Shown here: positions 41,651 to 51,365 of the stretch, piece after piece | Layout of the letters: each line of letters opens with the position of its first letter | Numbering within the stretch: position 1 is the stretch's first letter | Assembly (NCBI GenBank): GCA_964534625.1 | Contig: CAZHRF010000001.1 | Span: forward strand, 64,001-128,000 | Reading direction: 5' to 3' | DNA from: an uncultured archaeon | Lineage (GTDB): Archaea; Asgardarchaeota; Heimdallarchaeia; Heimdallarchaeales; Heimdallarchaeaceae | Length of the DNA: 64,000 bases | Translations under genes and position numbers: made by a program | The notes under the pieces: generated by a model | Told to the model about the DNA's origin: nothing | What the model saw: the letters and a program-made list of their open reading frames with translations, nothing else | The model's database searches: none

Positions 41651-42526
41651 TTATTGCTTGTTCTGTTTAGCAAGAATTAACTCGAATACTCTCTTACTTG
41701 GATATTTAATATTAATAAGTTTGAGCTGCTCCACATCTTCAGAAAGTTCTGAAGTGAAATTAACGATTGAATAGGAGTCCTTTGTCTCTGGTATGAATTC
41801 AACCTTTGTTATTTGATCCCAATCTAATTCCCTTTTAACATTTCCCAGACGATTTTTGACTATAACCCCTTGTGGTCCGATTTTAAAAATCGTTTTTTCC
41901 TTTAATAGAGATTGAATGACTTTAAATAATAAATACAATGTGGTCACTATGAGTTGGACATAACCTATTGTTGAGGCAATTAATGCTAAGGTAAAGAATG
42001 AGTGCTCTCTAAAAACTGATAAAACTAGAAACATATAAGTAATGATACTTGGATAAGTAGAAAAACTAATAATTATGAATTTAAAGAATCCTTTTTCTTT
42101 AAATATTAAATTTGAACTTTTTTGCTTAATACTGGTTCTTAGATTCCATTTGAAATCCGAAAGGTAAGACACTGTTTCCATTTTAATTATTGACCCTACG
42201 ACTATAGTTGTGGATAAGACACTATGATAAAAAGAAAACTGTAAATATAAGTCCTTTATAATGCTGTTTGTCGATAGAATGAAAATTGGTGTGAGTAATA
42301 TATAACCAATCATAAAAACACCAAGAATAAAAAGAGCGTCCCATTGGTATGAAAAAATCACTATGACAAGCGAAAATATAAACAGACTAATTATCAATCC
42401 CAAGTAAATATATTCTACTGGTAATTGAGCAAAAACACGAAACATTGTTATTAAGAAAGTTGCAAAGATAGTAGCAAATATGATTGCTAAAATATTCTTC
42501 CTAACTCGATTTGACAAATTAACCAT
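41651..42526 (-). CDS. Multi-pass membrane protein with C-terminal PH-like beta domain
   Basis: About 6 hydrophobic helices, then FKIGPQGVIVKNRLG...LDWDQITKVEF. Confidence 0.5.
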   Translation of the reverse strand: MVNLSNRVRKNILAIIFATIFATFLITMFRVFAQLPVEYIYLGLIISLFIFSLVIVIFSYQWDALFILGVFMIGYILLTPIFILSTNSIIKDLYLQFSFYHSVLSTTIVVGSIIKMETVSYLSDFKWNLRTSIKQKSSNLIFKEKGFFKFIIISFSTYPSIITYMFLVLSVFREHSFFTLALIASTIGYVQLIVTTLYLLFKVIQSLLKEKTIFKIGPQGVIVKNRLGNVKRELDWDQITKVEFIPETKDSYSIVNFTSELSEDVEQLKLINIKYPSKRVFELILAKQNKQ

Positions 42527-42535
42527 AAAAATCCT

Positions 42536-42817
42536 TCAATTTTCTTCTAGTTTGGGTGGGCTTGGCTGTAGTTTATCCCTATAAACTATCGCAAGATAGA
42601 CAGACAAACCTACTATTGCAATCCATGTTTCAATTGCATATAAACGTCTAATAGTCATTTCCTCTCTAGGCACTGTTGTGGCGGATCTAAAAAGGATTCC
42701 ACTATTTCCTCCATACGTGTTAATAATAAATACTTGATACGCTCCATAAAGTATTTGGAGAATAAAATTTATGATTATTACTATATGCAATATTTTCCAT
42801 GTGTTTGTTTTTTTCAC
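42536..42817 (-). CDS. Small two-TM membrane protein, hypothetical
   Basis: Two hydrophobic helices; RRLYAIETWIA segment; co-oriented with neighbours. Confidence 0.65.
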   Translation of the reverse strand: MKKTNTWKILHIVIIINFILQILYGAYQVFIINTYGGNSGILFRSATTVPREEMTIRRLYAIETWIAIVGLSVYLAIVYRDKLQPSPPKLEEN

Positions 42818-42868
42818 GTATATAAATGATTTACATTTATTTTAAAACTTTGTATTGTTCAAGGTGTA

Positions 42869-43927
42869 TTATTTGTGTTTCTTGATACCTTCATCAATTT
42901 TGATTTCAAAAGTCTTTGCGCCCCTATTCTTTAAAGCTTCTTTGATTTTAGCTTTTTTGGTAGGAGCAAATATGAGGAAACATCCACCATGACCACTACC
43001 TAACAATTTACAAGCTTGTGCCCCATTTTCATTTGCAATTTTAACATACCTTTTCATTCTAGATGTGACATTATCAAAAAAGTTTTCTTGGAAGTGATGA
43101 TGTCTATTAATCAATTCGGCAAATCTATGCTCATCAAATAAAGGTTTGTTTAACAATTTATAACCTGCCCTAACTATATCCCTAATCCCTAGTATCCCTA
43201 ATAAACGTTTCAACTCAAGTTTTGGATATCTGTGATACAAACTTTGAGTTTTGTTAAAAGGATAAGATACTATATCAAATGTTCTATCATTTCTTTTTAC
43301 AAATTCAATTCCCTTATATATCTGTTGTTTTCTTTTCTTTATGCTATAAACCGTTTCTTTACTCTCCAGCGTATCACATATTAATAACCCTTTAATATTA
43401 TTTGAAAGGTTTTTCCAATAAATGGGCTTCCGACATACAATATATAACAACTGCCCTATGCTAGTTGCAAAATGATCCATCATACCTCCTGCTTCATTTA
43501 AACTAACAACTTCTGCTTCATAGGCGCGTTTTGCGATTTCTTCTTTAGACGAACCTGTTTTAGTTATGTAATCAAACAAAGCTATAAGCGCAGAACATAA
43601 AGCGGAGGAAGAAGACAATCCTTTACCTATTGGTAAGCTAGAATAAATAGATATTGTTGCTCCAAAATTATCTGGAAATTTGTTAAAATACATGTTAAAT
43701 GCTGATTTAATATAATCCCTTTTGTGTAATTCTTGTCTAGCAAACTTGAATTCGTAATTTTCTTGTTTATCTAATAGGTTAACATGAATAGTGCTGTGAT
43801 TATTTATTAAAGCTTTAATGTGAACTCTTCTGTTGATTCCAGCTACTATAGATTCAAGTCCCATATAGTCTACATCTTCACCGAAAAGACAAATCCTTCC
43901 CGGTGCACTAAAATGGATTTTATTCAT
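42869..43927 (-). CDS. GHMP kinase (galactokinase-like)
   Basis: APGRICLFGEDVDY, PIGKGLSSSSA, GMMD, KLLGSGHGGC. Confidence 0.88.
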   Translation of the reverse strand: MNKIHFSAPGRICLFGEDVDYMGLESIVAGINRRVHIKALINNHSTIHVNLLDKQENYEFKFARQELHKRDYIKSAFNMYFNKFPDNFGATISIYSSLPIGKGLSSSSALCSALIALFDYITKTGSSKEEIAKRAYEAEVVSLNEAGGMMDHFATSIGQLLYIVCRKPIYWKNLSNNIKGLLICDTLESKETVYSIKKRKQQIYKGIEFVKRNDRTFDIVSYPFNKTQSLYHRYPKLELKRLLGILGIRDIVRAGYKLLNKPLFDEHRFAELINRHHHFQENFFDNVTSRMKRYVKIANENGAQACKLLGSGHGGCFLIFAPTKKAKIKEALKNRGAKTFEIKIDEGIKKHK

Positions 43928-43930
43928 TGA

Positions 43931-45259
43931 TTAATCCCATTTTTCTTGATATTTTTTAACTTTTGCAACTAACTTCGGATAATTTATTGTTTTAAAATCT
44001 CCATCTTTGAAAATAATTTTGCCATTTATCATTGTCAACCAAACATCTTTACCTTCTGCAGAATAGACAAGATGTGAGATTGGATTATACATTGGTAGAG
44101 CATTTACATCAGTTATATCTATTAGTGCTAAGTCTGCTTTCTTATTGGGTTCTATAGAACCTATCTCTGATGCCCAGTTTATCGATTTGGCTCCTTCTAT
44201 CGTGGCCATTCTCAGTGTTTCATTTGCAGGAAGTGCCTTTTCATTTAAGTGTTTTAATTTTTGTAAAAAGGTGGCTAACCGCATTTCTCGAAACATATCT
44301 AAATTATTATTACATGGGGCACCATCAGTTGCTAAGCTGATTTTTACTCCCATCTTTTTATATTTCACTACATCACAGATGCCTGAAGCAAGTTTAGCAT
44401 TACTGCTAGGATTGTGACTTATTCTAGTGTCTGTATTTTTGATTAACTGATATTCTTCATTGTCTAACCAAATACCATGGGCTAATATTGTATCTTTTCC
44501 TAGTATATTTAATTCTTTTAATTTCCTGATATAACTCATACCGTGAACTTGTTTCACTTCTTTGCATTCTTTTTTGTTTTCTGATGCATGTGTATGGATC
44601 ATTATATCCTCATACTCATTTTTTATATTGTTCAATTCAGTCATGAGATTTGCCGAACAAGAGAGAAGAAATCGGGGATTCAATGAGTATTTTATTCTTG
44701 CTTCCACTATATTGTGAAATTTATTGATATGTTTATGTAGATTAGAAACAATCTCTTCCGTATCAGAAATCATATCATCAGGAAATCCAACGTTCAAATC
44801 CATTAACATTCTACCAATTCTGGTCCTAATACCTGTTTGAATGGCTGCTTGAATGCCCTTCTCGCTATCATGCGTTGTAAGCAAATCATTACACGTTGTT
44901 GTCCCTGTACGAATCATTTCAGAGAAACCAACTAATGAAGATGTATAGACCTCGTCAGGACTAAAGTTACACTCTCCAATTAATACAACTTTTCTTAACC
45001 AATCTAATAAGGATAGGTCATCGCCTTTGCCTCTCAAAAGGGACTGAACGCTATGGGCGTGCGTGTTAACAAGACCTGGGATGAGGATTTTATTTTTTCC
45101 CTCAATAATTTTACCAGCAGAATAATCTTGATGAATCCTTCTTTTTGTACCAACATCAAGGATTTTATCACCTTTAATATAGAGCGCACCATCTTTAATA
45201 ATCTGGTTCTTTTCATTGCAAGTAACAATATAATCAGATTCAATAACTAGTTCGTTCAA
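43931..45259 (-). CDS. Amidohydrolase (MTA/SAH or 5'-deoxyadenosine deaminase-like)
   Basis: PGLVNTHAH, HTHASE, LAHG, HNPSSNAKLASG, ATDG, GSIEPNKKADL. Confidence 0.88.
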   Translation of the reverse strand: MNELVIESDYIVTCNEKNQIIKDGALYIKGDKILDVGTKRRIHQDYSAGKIIEGKNKILIPGLVNTHAHSVQSLLRGKGDDLSLLDWLRKVVLIGECNFSPDEVYTSSLVGFSEMIRTGTTTCNDLLTTHDSEKGIQAAIQTGIRTRIGRMLMDLNVGFPDDMISDTEEIVSNLHKHINKFHNIVEARIKYSLNPRFLLSCSANLMTELNNIKNEYEDIMIHTHASENKKECKEVKQVHGMSYIRKLKELNILGKDTILAHGIWLDNEEYQLIKNTDTRISHNPSSNAKLASGICDVVKYKKMGVKISLATDGAPCNNNLDMFREMRLATFLQKLKHLNEKALPANETLRMATIEGAKSINWASEIGSIEPNKKADLALIDITDVNALPMYNPISHLVYSAEGKDVWLTMINGKIIFKDGDFKTINYPKLVAKVKKYQEKWD

Positions 45260-45326
45260 TGCAATACAAAAAAGGGCATTAGATTAATAAATCCTTTTCT
45301 GTTTGGTAATATAGAAGTGAAAATCT

Positions 45327-45986
45327 TTGAACAATCCCGAATTAACTACTCTGACAGATGAGATGAAAAAATGTGTTGCGTGTCATTTAAAAGATAGTCG
45401 AATCAATGTCGTTCCAGGTCTTTACGGAGAAAAAAATGGTTTATGTTTTATTGGAGAAGCACCGGGTTATAATGAAGACAAACAAGGAAAACCATTTGTG
45501 GGTAGATCAGGTAAATTACTTGACAAGATGATGCATCTAATTGGTTATTCAAGGAAAAATGTGAGTATACTGAATGTAGTTAAATGTAGACCTACCACTG
45601 TTGATGGAAATAACAGAACACCAAAAGTTACAGAGGTAAGATTTTGTGCAGAAAAATGGTTATATAAACAATTAGAATTGTTATCACCAAAATTATTAGT
45701 GACATTGGGTTCTATTTCTCTGAATCTGTTCTTTCCTTCAAGTTCAGTCACAAAGATGGCTGGTACGTTAAGAAAAATTTCCAATGATTATTTTGTTTTT
45801 ATTACTTATCATCCTGCTTATTTACTTAGACGGCAAACTCAGGACTTACTTAATGAATATGAAACCCATTTTAAACAGATAGCAGAATTGATGAAATTCG
45901 ATCAAATAAAGGATGATAGTTTTTCTGAAGATTTTGTTCTAGAAATAAATAAAAAACAAAAAAAATTGACTGATTATTTTAATTAA
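45327..45986 (+). CDS. udg: Family 4 uracil-DNA glycosylase
   Basis: CxxC, IGEAPG..E, PFVGRSG, NVVKCRP..NR.P, TYHPAY. Confidence 0.92.
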   Translation: MNNPELTTLTDEMKKCVACHLKDSRINVVPGLYGEKNGLCFIGEAPGYNEDKQGKPFVGRSGKLLDKMMHLIGYSRKNVSILNVVKCRPTTVDGNNRTPKVTEVRFCAEKWLYKQLELLSPKLLVTLGSISLNLFFPSSSVTKMAGTLRKISNDYFVFITYHPAYLLRRQTQDLLNEYETHFKQIAELMKFDQIKDDSFSEDFVLEINKKQKKLTDYFN

Positions 45987-46034
45987 GAGCCAGTAAGAAT
46001 TATATTTATATTCTCTAACTTTCTTTATGTTTTT

Positions 46035-47417
46035 ATGGAAAAAAAACTATCTTTATTTGGTACTGCAGGGATAAGAGGGTTATTTGGAAAAAAAATAACA
46101 GCAGAATTGGTAATTAAAATCAGTCAAATTATCTCGGATATGCATCCTAATAAAGGAATGGTGGTTGGACATGATGCGCGGACCTCTTCAGAAACCCTTG
46201 CACAATACGCTAGTGCTGCTTTAAGTATTTCTGGTTCAAAAGTATATAACTGTGGATTGTGTTCTTTTCCCGTAATCGCAAATCTAACTTTAAAGAATAA
46301 TCATAATATTGCGATATATATTACAGCTAGTCATAATCCTCCTGAATATAATGGTATTAAACTTTTAATAAATGGAAGAGAGTTTACAAAATATGAGCAA
46401 GATTTGATCGAGAAACAATTGGATATCTTCAAAAAAGAAATAAACATAAAACATGGAAAGTGGTTTCAGATTATTTCTCAAAAAAGTATTGATGGAACTT
46501 ATTTCTATAAAAAAAGAATTGAACAAATATTTAATATAAAGGGAGATAAAAGGGATATAGTGATCGATTGTGCCAATGGGCCAATGTCTCTCTTATCTCC
46601 TCTTCTACTTTCTGAATTTGGATATCGAGTTATATCACTTAATGCACATGTTGATGGTTCTTTTCCCGGTAGATTAAGTGAACCAGTTCCGGAAAATCTC
46701 TCTTTGTTGATAGACACATGCAAAAAAATCAAAGCTATAGGTGTGGCACAAGATGGAGATGGTGATAGATTCTCATTAATTGATGAAGATGGAACATACA
46801 TAGAACTATCAAGGATAAATGCACTATTAGCAAAGATAATGCTTGAAGAATGTGGTCCAGGTACTATAATACTTAGTATTGATTCGTCAACAACTATTGA
46901 TAAAATTGTTAATGATAGACATGGAAAGATAATTAGGACTAATTTGGGTGAGTTGCATACAAAAATAATAGATTTCATAGAAACAGATAAAAAAATAATT
47001 TTTGCAGCAGAACCATGGAAACCAATATTTCCTGAATGGGGAATGTGGATTGATGGATTATATGGTTTACTCAAGATTCTTGAATACTTGGAACGGAAAG
47101 ACATGCGCTTATCTAAAGCGATGGACGCGATACCACAAAATTACTGTAAAAGATTCTCTTATCGTTTGAACAAGGAGGAAATAGACAGAAAATATGAAAA
47201 GTGTAAGTATGCTATTAAAACTTATTTAGATGATGAACAAAAGAAAATCTTGAATTTTGATGGATACAGATATGATATGCAAGATGGAACATGGATACTC
47301 ATTAGAAAATCTGGAACTGAACCAAAAATTCGATTATATCTTGAATCACCAAAAAAGGATAGATTCCAGTGGATTAATACCTTAGTTAGTAGATTAGAAC
47401 ATATAATAAACGAATGA
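46035..47417 (+). CDS. Phosphohexomutase (phosphoglucosamine mutase / PMM-PGM)
   Basis: FGTAGIRG, ITASHNP, DGDGDR, IRKSGTEPKIR. Confidence 0.9.
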   Translation: MEKKLSLFGTAGIRGLFGKKITAELVIKISQIISDMHPNKGMVVGHDARTSSETLAQYASAALSISGSKVYNCGLCSFPVIANLTLKNNHNIAIYITASHNPPEYNGIKLLINGREFTKYEQDLIEKQLDIFKKEINIKHGKWFQIISQKSIDGTYFYKKRIEQIFNIKGDKRDIVIDCANGPMSLLSPLLLSEFGYRVISLNAHVDGSFPGRLSEPVPENLSLLIDTCKKIKAIGVAQDGDGDRFSLIDEDGTYIELSRINALLAKIMLEECGPGTIILSIDSSTTIDKIVNDRHGKIIRTNLGELHTKIIDFIETDKKIIFAAEPWKPIFPEWGMWIDGLYGLLKILEYLERKDMRLSKAMDAIPQNYCKRFSYRLNKEEIDRKYEKCKYAIKTYLDDEQKKILNFDGYRYDMQDGTWILIRKSGTEPKIRLYLESPKKDRFQWINTLVSRLEHIINE

Positions 47418-47429
47418 GTTATTGGTCAA

Positions 47430-47539
47430 AAAAGTTGTAAAGAAGGAATTAAAAGCAATTTATCTAATAAGGCTGGTTATAAAGAAAAGTTGTAAAGAAG
47501 GAATTAAAAGCAATTTATCTAATAAGGCTTGTTATAAAG
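47430..47539. repeat. Tandem duplication, 2 x 55 bp, one mismatch
   Basis: AAAAGTTGTAAAGAAGGAATTAAAAGCAATTTATCTAATAAGGCT(G/T)GTTATAAAG at 47430-47484 and 47485-47539. Confidence 0.95.
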
Positions 47540-47622
47540 AGAAATATTTAGAAAGCATCTTGTATTACTTTTTTTGTTAACAATAATGCTGTGCTGGTGA
47601 TTATTTTTTTTGTTACACTTGA

Positions 47623-48273
47623 TCAGAACAAAATTAGTTTTCTACCTTTGCAGTAGGGGCATCCACTAGAATAACAACGATTACAAAAAGCTCTTCCACA
47701 ATTTGAGCACTTTCCTACTGCCACTTTTTTACATGTTTTACAGCGTTTCGCAAAAACTCGTGATGCAGACCGATAAATCACAAAAGAAACAAACCCCCCT
47801 GCAGCAATACTACCGATAACGATTATAGTTGTAATAATTATACTTCCAATAGAATTACCACTTTCTTCTCCTGAAGGAGTATATCCATGCACTTTATATA
47901 TCTGAAGATCCATATAATATAATGTTTTTCCTGCAAGATGACCGTATTCAGGATCATTTTGGCTAAATCCTTCATCGGGTGGAATTTCGAGTCTGTAAAT
48001 TTGTCCAAGTTTTAGTCCTATAATACGTTCATATAATCCTATTGGCCTCACAACATCTGGAACCACACGTTGCTTTTTAGGTTGTGTTTTACTAAAAACT
48101 TCAATTATTTGTGGGTCTTCACCAGCTCTAAGTACATATCCATATTCGATGATTTCACCTGATTCTACGCCCTTTTCTGGAGTGTAAGCAGATACACTTA
48201 GAAAGACCATGGGTACAAAAACAACAAACGCAATTAAACACAAAGGGATAATTTTGCGATTCATTGTAAACAT
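47623..48273 (-). CDS. Type I membrane protein: signal peptide, FKBP-like domain, TM helix, cytoplasmic Cys8 zinc finger
   Basis: RKIIPLCLIAFVV..VSA signal; IGLYERIIGLKLGQIYRLEIPPDEGF resembles FKBP; TM IIITTIIVIGSIAAGGFVSFVIY; C2C-x7-C2C-x4-C2C-x4-C2C. Confidence 0.65.
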   Translation of the reverse strand: MFTMNRKIIPLCLIAFVVFVPMVFLSVSAYTPEKGVESGEIIEYGYVLRAGEDPQIIEVFSKTQPKKQRVVPDVVRPIGLYERIIGLKLGQIYRLEIPPDEGFSQNDPEYGHLAGKTLYYMDLQIYKVHGYTPSGEESGNSIGSIIITTIIVIGSIAAGGFVSFVIYRSASRVFAKRCKTCKKVAVGKCSNCGRAFCNRCYSSGCPYCKGRKLILF

Positions 48274-48469
48274 GAAAAAATGTAAAAATAAAAATTTATC
48301 GAATGGCGAGGATTGGATGAGTTATTTTTTAAAAAAAATAATAAGATTAGTTTATAACCTTTTAAAAGAAAATTAATTAAAGTATGTAATTAGCTAGTTG
48401 TTAAATACTGAAATATGATGGAGCGAAGAGTTTTTTAACAGAAAAAAAAGACAAATCTTAATCTTAAAA

Positions 48470-48554
48470 GCTAGGATAACCAAGCGGTCAACGGTGGTGG
48501 TCTCGAAAACCACTGGCTTTAGCCTCGGGGGTTCAAATCCCCTTCCTAGCTCCA
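48470..48554 (+). tRNA. tRNA-Ser(CGA), CCA encoded, U73 discriminator
   Basis: GCTAGGA/TCCTAGC+T+CCA; anticodon arm GTGGT-CTCGAAA-ACCAC; variable arm GGC-TTTA-GCC; T-loop TTCAAAT. Confidence 0.95.
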
Positions 48555-48703
48555 TAAAACTTCTAGTAATACAAGTATTCATTTTACTTTATTTTAATGG
48601 AAAAGAGATTTTTATAGACATTACTGGAAATAATCTTCTTATTTTATTAAAAATAATTTTATTTCAGTAAGTTTTTATTATTGTTCTCTTTTTTGACATA
48701 TGG

Positions 48704-50146
48704 GTGTTTATTATGAATGTTTCCACATTTCGTGTTCGTAGTATTTATGACATCCCGATCATAGAACTATTAAGGGATGAATTAGGTTATAAAATTGTAC
48801 AAGCAACAAAAGAACAAGCTGATCTTTTTGGAGTAAAGGAAAACTTAGATCCCTATGATATTGAGATTTCTGATATTTTAGGTGGATATGGGGTTTCTAT
48901 TGAAGCAGAGGAAGAATATGTAGATGCGATAATGGGCGTTTTTGTTGAAAAAATTCCTGATGTTATTGTTATGCAGCATCCAATTCAAATTCATGCGACA
49001 TATAATGGTCGAATTGTGCATGTTAATTATGATAAGAAACTTTGTATTGTTGACATTGGGGAAAGTATAACTGCCATTATGTTCGATAAACAGTTTCGTA
49101 GAGGTGAAAAGGTCGTCGTCCAGATAAAACAGTTAAATATTCTACAAGATAAATTACCTATTTGTTCACCTATTATACATTTTCCTGGACAATTTGTTAT
49201 TTTGGAACGTGATACAAACTTTGTTCGTGTTTCAAGAAAATTACCTAAAGAAGAGCGGGATCGATTATTTGAACTTGGGAAAGAATTAAGACCAAGAAAT
49301 CATGGGCTTATTATGCGTACTAGTGCTGCAACGGCAGAAGAAACAGAGATACAAACAGATATTGAAAGATTAGTCCAACAATCACAAGAGTTGGATTTTA
49401 TTATATCTGGTTCTTCATATGGACCGGGTATTCTTCAACCTGGTGATACTGTAGGTCATGTCTTATTTGTGAAGGAAGCTAAAGAAAAACTAGATAAAAT
49501 TAGAAATGACATAACTCCAACTATTCCTAATTATCATTGGTTTATGTCCTATTCCCCACAGCTAAAATTAACCACAAACTTTGCAGAAAGGATATCTTCT
49601 GAGATAGATAATAATATTTTATCGACCCTTTTAAAAGAAGTAATATTGGAAAAAGATTTTGCGGAAAATTCCTTACTATCTATTCAAGAGTATAGGTTAA
49701 CCTCTCCACCTATTGAAAGAATTGTTGGACAGATTAGCTGGAAGAATAAAATACTAGCTGCTAAACGAAGCTTTCGTTCCTCTCGAGGAACCCATTATGC
49801 GCTTGAAAAAGACATCTCTTCAGGAGATACTTCCATATTACTAACAAAGTCAGGTAGCTGGACAATACATACAAAGATAATTAGAGATGGTAATAATATA
49901 GGAGAACACATTAAGTTGGTTACACCTGTCGAATTATATAGTGATGGTTTCATTCGATACATTGATCTAGGAGTAATGTTAATCAAGCAAGAAGATTCAG
50001 TTAAAATAGTAGAAACAGATGTACTATCTTCTTTAGTAGAGCAAGACATAATATCAAAAACTTTTAAACAAAAAGTTGATGCCATTTTAGCAAAATGTAA
50101 GGATCTCCTAGAAGAAGGCGAGGAATATGTTATAATAGAAAAATAA
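48704..50146 (+). CDS. FAU-1-like AU-binding ribonuclease (RNase E/G-like S1 region plus DUF402-like C-terminus)
   Basis: RVRSIY..LL...GYKIVQAT, VVVQI, RVSRKL, GLIMRTSA, TPVELY..IRYIDL. Confidence 0.75.
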   Translation: MFIMNVSTFRVRSIYDIPIIELLRDELGYKIVQATKEQADLFGVKENLDPYDIEISDILGGYGVSIEAEEEYVDAIMGVFVEKIPDVIVMQHPIQIHATYNGRIVHVNYDKKLCIVDIGESITAIMFDKQFRRGEKVVVQIKQLNILQDKLPICSPIIHFPGQFVILERDTNFVRVSRKLPKEERDRLFELGKELRPRNHGLIMRTSAATAEETEIQTDIERLVQQSQELDFIISGSSYGPGILQPGDTVGHVLFVKEAKEKLDKIRNDITPTIPNYHWFMSYSPQLKLTTNFAERISSEIDNNILSTLLKEVILEKDFAENSLLSIQEYRLTSPPIERIVGQISWKNKILAAKRSFRSSRGTHYALEKDISSGDTSILLTKSGSWTIHTKIIRDGNNIGEHIKLVTPVELYSDGFIRYIDLGVMLIKQEDSVKIVETDVLSSLVEQDIISKTFKQKVDAILAKCKDLLEEGEEYVIIEK

Positions 50147-51066
50147 TGGAGATTAAAGTGGAAAAACATTTTATTGGTTTTAGATGGGACGCATCAGCTG
50201 CTCCTTTTCATTTTTTTTTATATCGAGATTTACAAAAACAAAAAAAAAGCTTTGATTTATATCCGATAAATGATTCTAATCAAATAACTATTGAACTAAC
50301 CGATAAAAAAAGATGTATAGGCCATAGAATAAACAAAGAAGAATATTATTTTTGCTCCAACTCAATAGAAGATCCAAAGAGTAAACGATGTTATCATTGC
50401 GAAATGGAGGATTTTCAGCGATGCTTTTTATTTTGCAATGGGACTAAACCGTTTGGAAATTGTTCTAATAAAGCTGCATATGAATTCTGCAGAGACAATA
50501 CTTGTTATGTTTACCTAGCTTTAGTTGCCAATCAAGTAAAAGTAGGGGTCTCTTTTAATCCTTTAAATCGATGGTTAAACCAAGGTGCCGATTTAGCTAG
50601 TGATGTGTTTCAAGCAAAAAATGGGTTTGAAGCAAGAGTGATAGAAAAGAACATATCATCAGAGTTCAGCATAACTCAGAGCATAAGAGTAAAGGAAAAA
50701 ATACGCTTTTTGGATCAAGATTATCAAAACAAGAAATCTCTATATGAAAAATTATTGGGAGAAGTAAAGTTGTATATTAGAAATCAAGCCTACAAAGGCA
50801 GTAGAATAATTGAAGACAAAGTGTATGGCCTCTCCAATTATTATGGTGAGATACCAAATTTAAAGATAAGACCAATTTTCAATAATATTAGAAAGAGTAA
50901 AATGATAACAGGCAAAATCATGGGTATGAAGGGTAGTTTACTAGTAACAAAAAACAACAAAAGTGTTTATGTAACTAATATCAAAGATATCTTTGGTTAT
51001 GTAATTCGTTTGTCAAACGATGAAACAACTATGATGGGACAACGTTCATTAAGGGACTTTTTTTAA
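50146..51066 (+). CDS. DUF2797-family protein
   Basis: Cys-rich N-terminus, YVYLA...KVGVS...RWLNQGA, ARVIEKNI, GKIMGMKGSLL. Confidence 0.75.
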   Translation: MEIKVEKHFIGFRWDASAAPFHFFLYRDLQKQKKSFDLYPINDSNQITIELTDKKRCIGHRINKEEYYFCSNSIEDPKSKRCYHCEMEDFQRCFLFCNGTKPFGNCSNKAAYEFCRDNTCYVYLALVANQVKVGVSFNPLNRWLNQGADLASDVFQAKNGFEARVIEKNISSEFSITQSIRVKEKIRFLDQDYQNKKSLYEKLLGEVKLYIRNQAYKGSRIIEDKVYGLSNYYGEIPNLKIRPIFNNIRKSKMITGKIMGMKGSLLVTKNNKSVYVTNIKDIFGYVIRLSNDETTMMGQRSLRDFF

Positions 51067-51112
51067 TTCTTTAAGTACAGAATAATTTAAATTATACGAT
51101 TCCATTTATCAT

Positions 51113-51352
51113 TTGACCTTTATGAGTGACTATGAAGAAAAAAATATTGAATGTATTCTTACAATATTAAAGAAACAAAGCCCTGCTACAACTAAAGAGA
51201 TTTTAGCATTACGAGATTTGTTTCCTGAACTTTGTTCTGGTTGTAGTTCTGGTGGTGATGTTGTTCTAGCGGGAAAGCAACTAGTAGAAATGGGTAGAAT
51301 AGAGAGGAAATGGTCAAGTTCTGGTTTTGTTTGGTCATTAATAGAAGATTAA
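51113..51352 (+). CDS. Small winged-helix-like protein with CxxC
   Basis: ILTILKKQSPATTKEI...CSGC...LVEMGRIER...FVWSL; fills operon gap (ATG likely 51122). Confidence 0.6.
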   Translation: MTFMSDYEEKNIECILTILKKQSPATTKEILALRDLFPELCSGCSSGGDVVLAGKQLVEMGRIERKWSSSGFVWSLIED

Positions 51353-51365
51353 GATGTGATTTATT

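Noticed and set aside
47430-47539. CRISPR array
   Set aside because: Only two directly adjacent copies, no spacer, no cas genes.
48398-48440. C/D or H/ACA guide RNA (CTGA-AAT-ATGATGG K-loop-like motif inside a TGTTAAA/TTTAACA stem)
   Set aside because: No properly spaced terminal C and D boxes and no clear ACA tail outside the stem.
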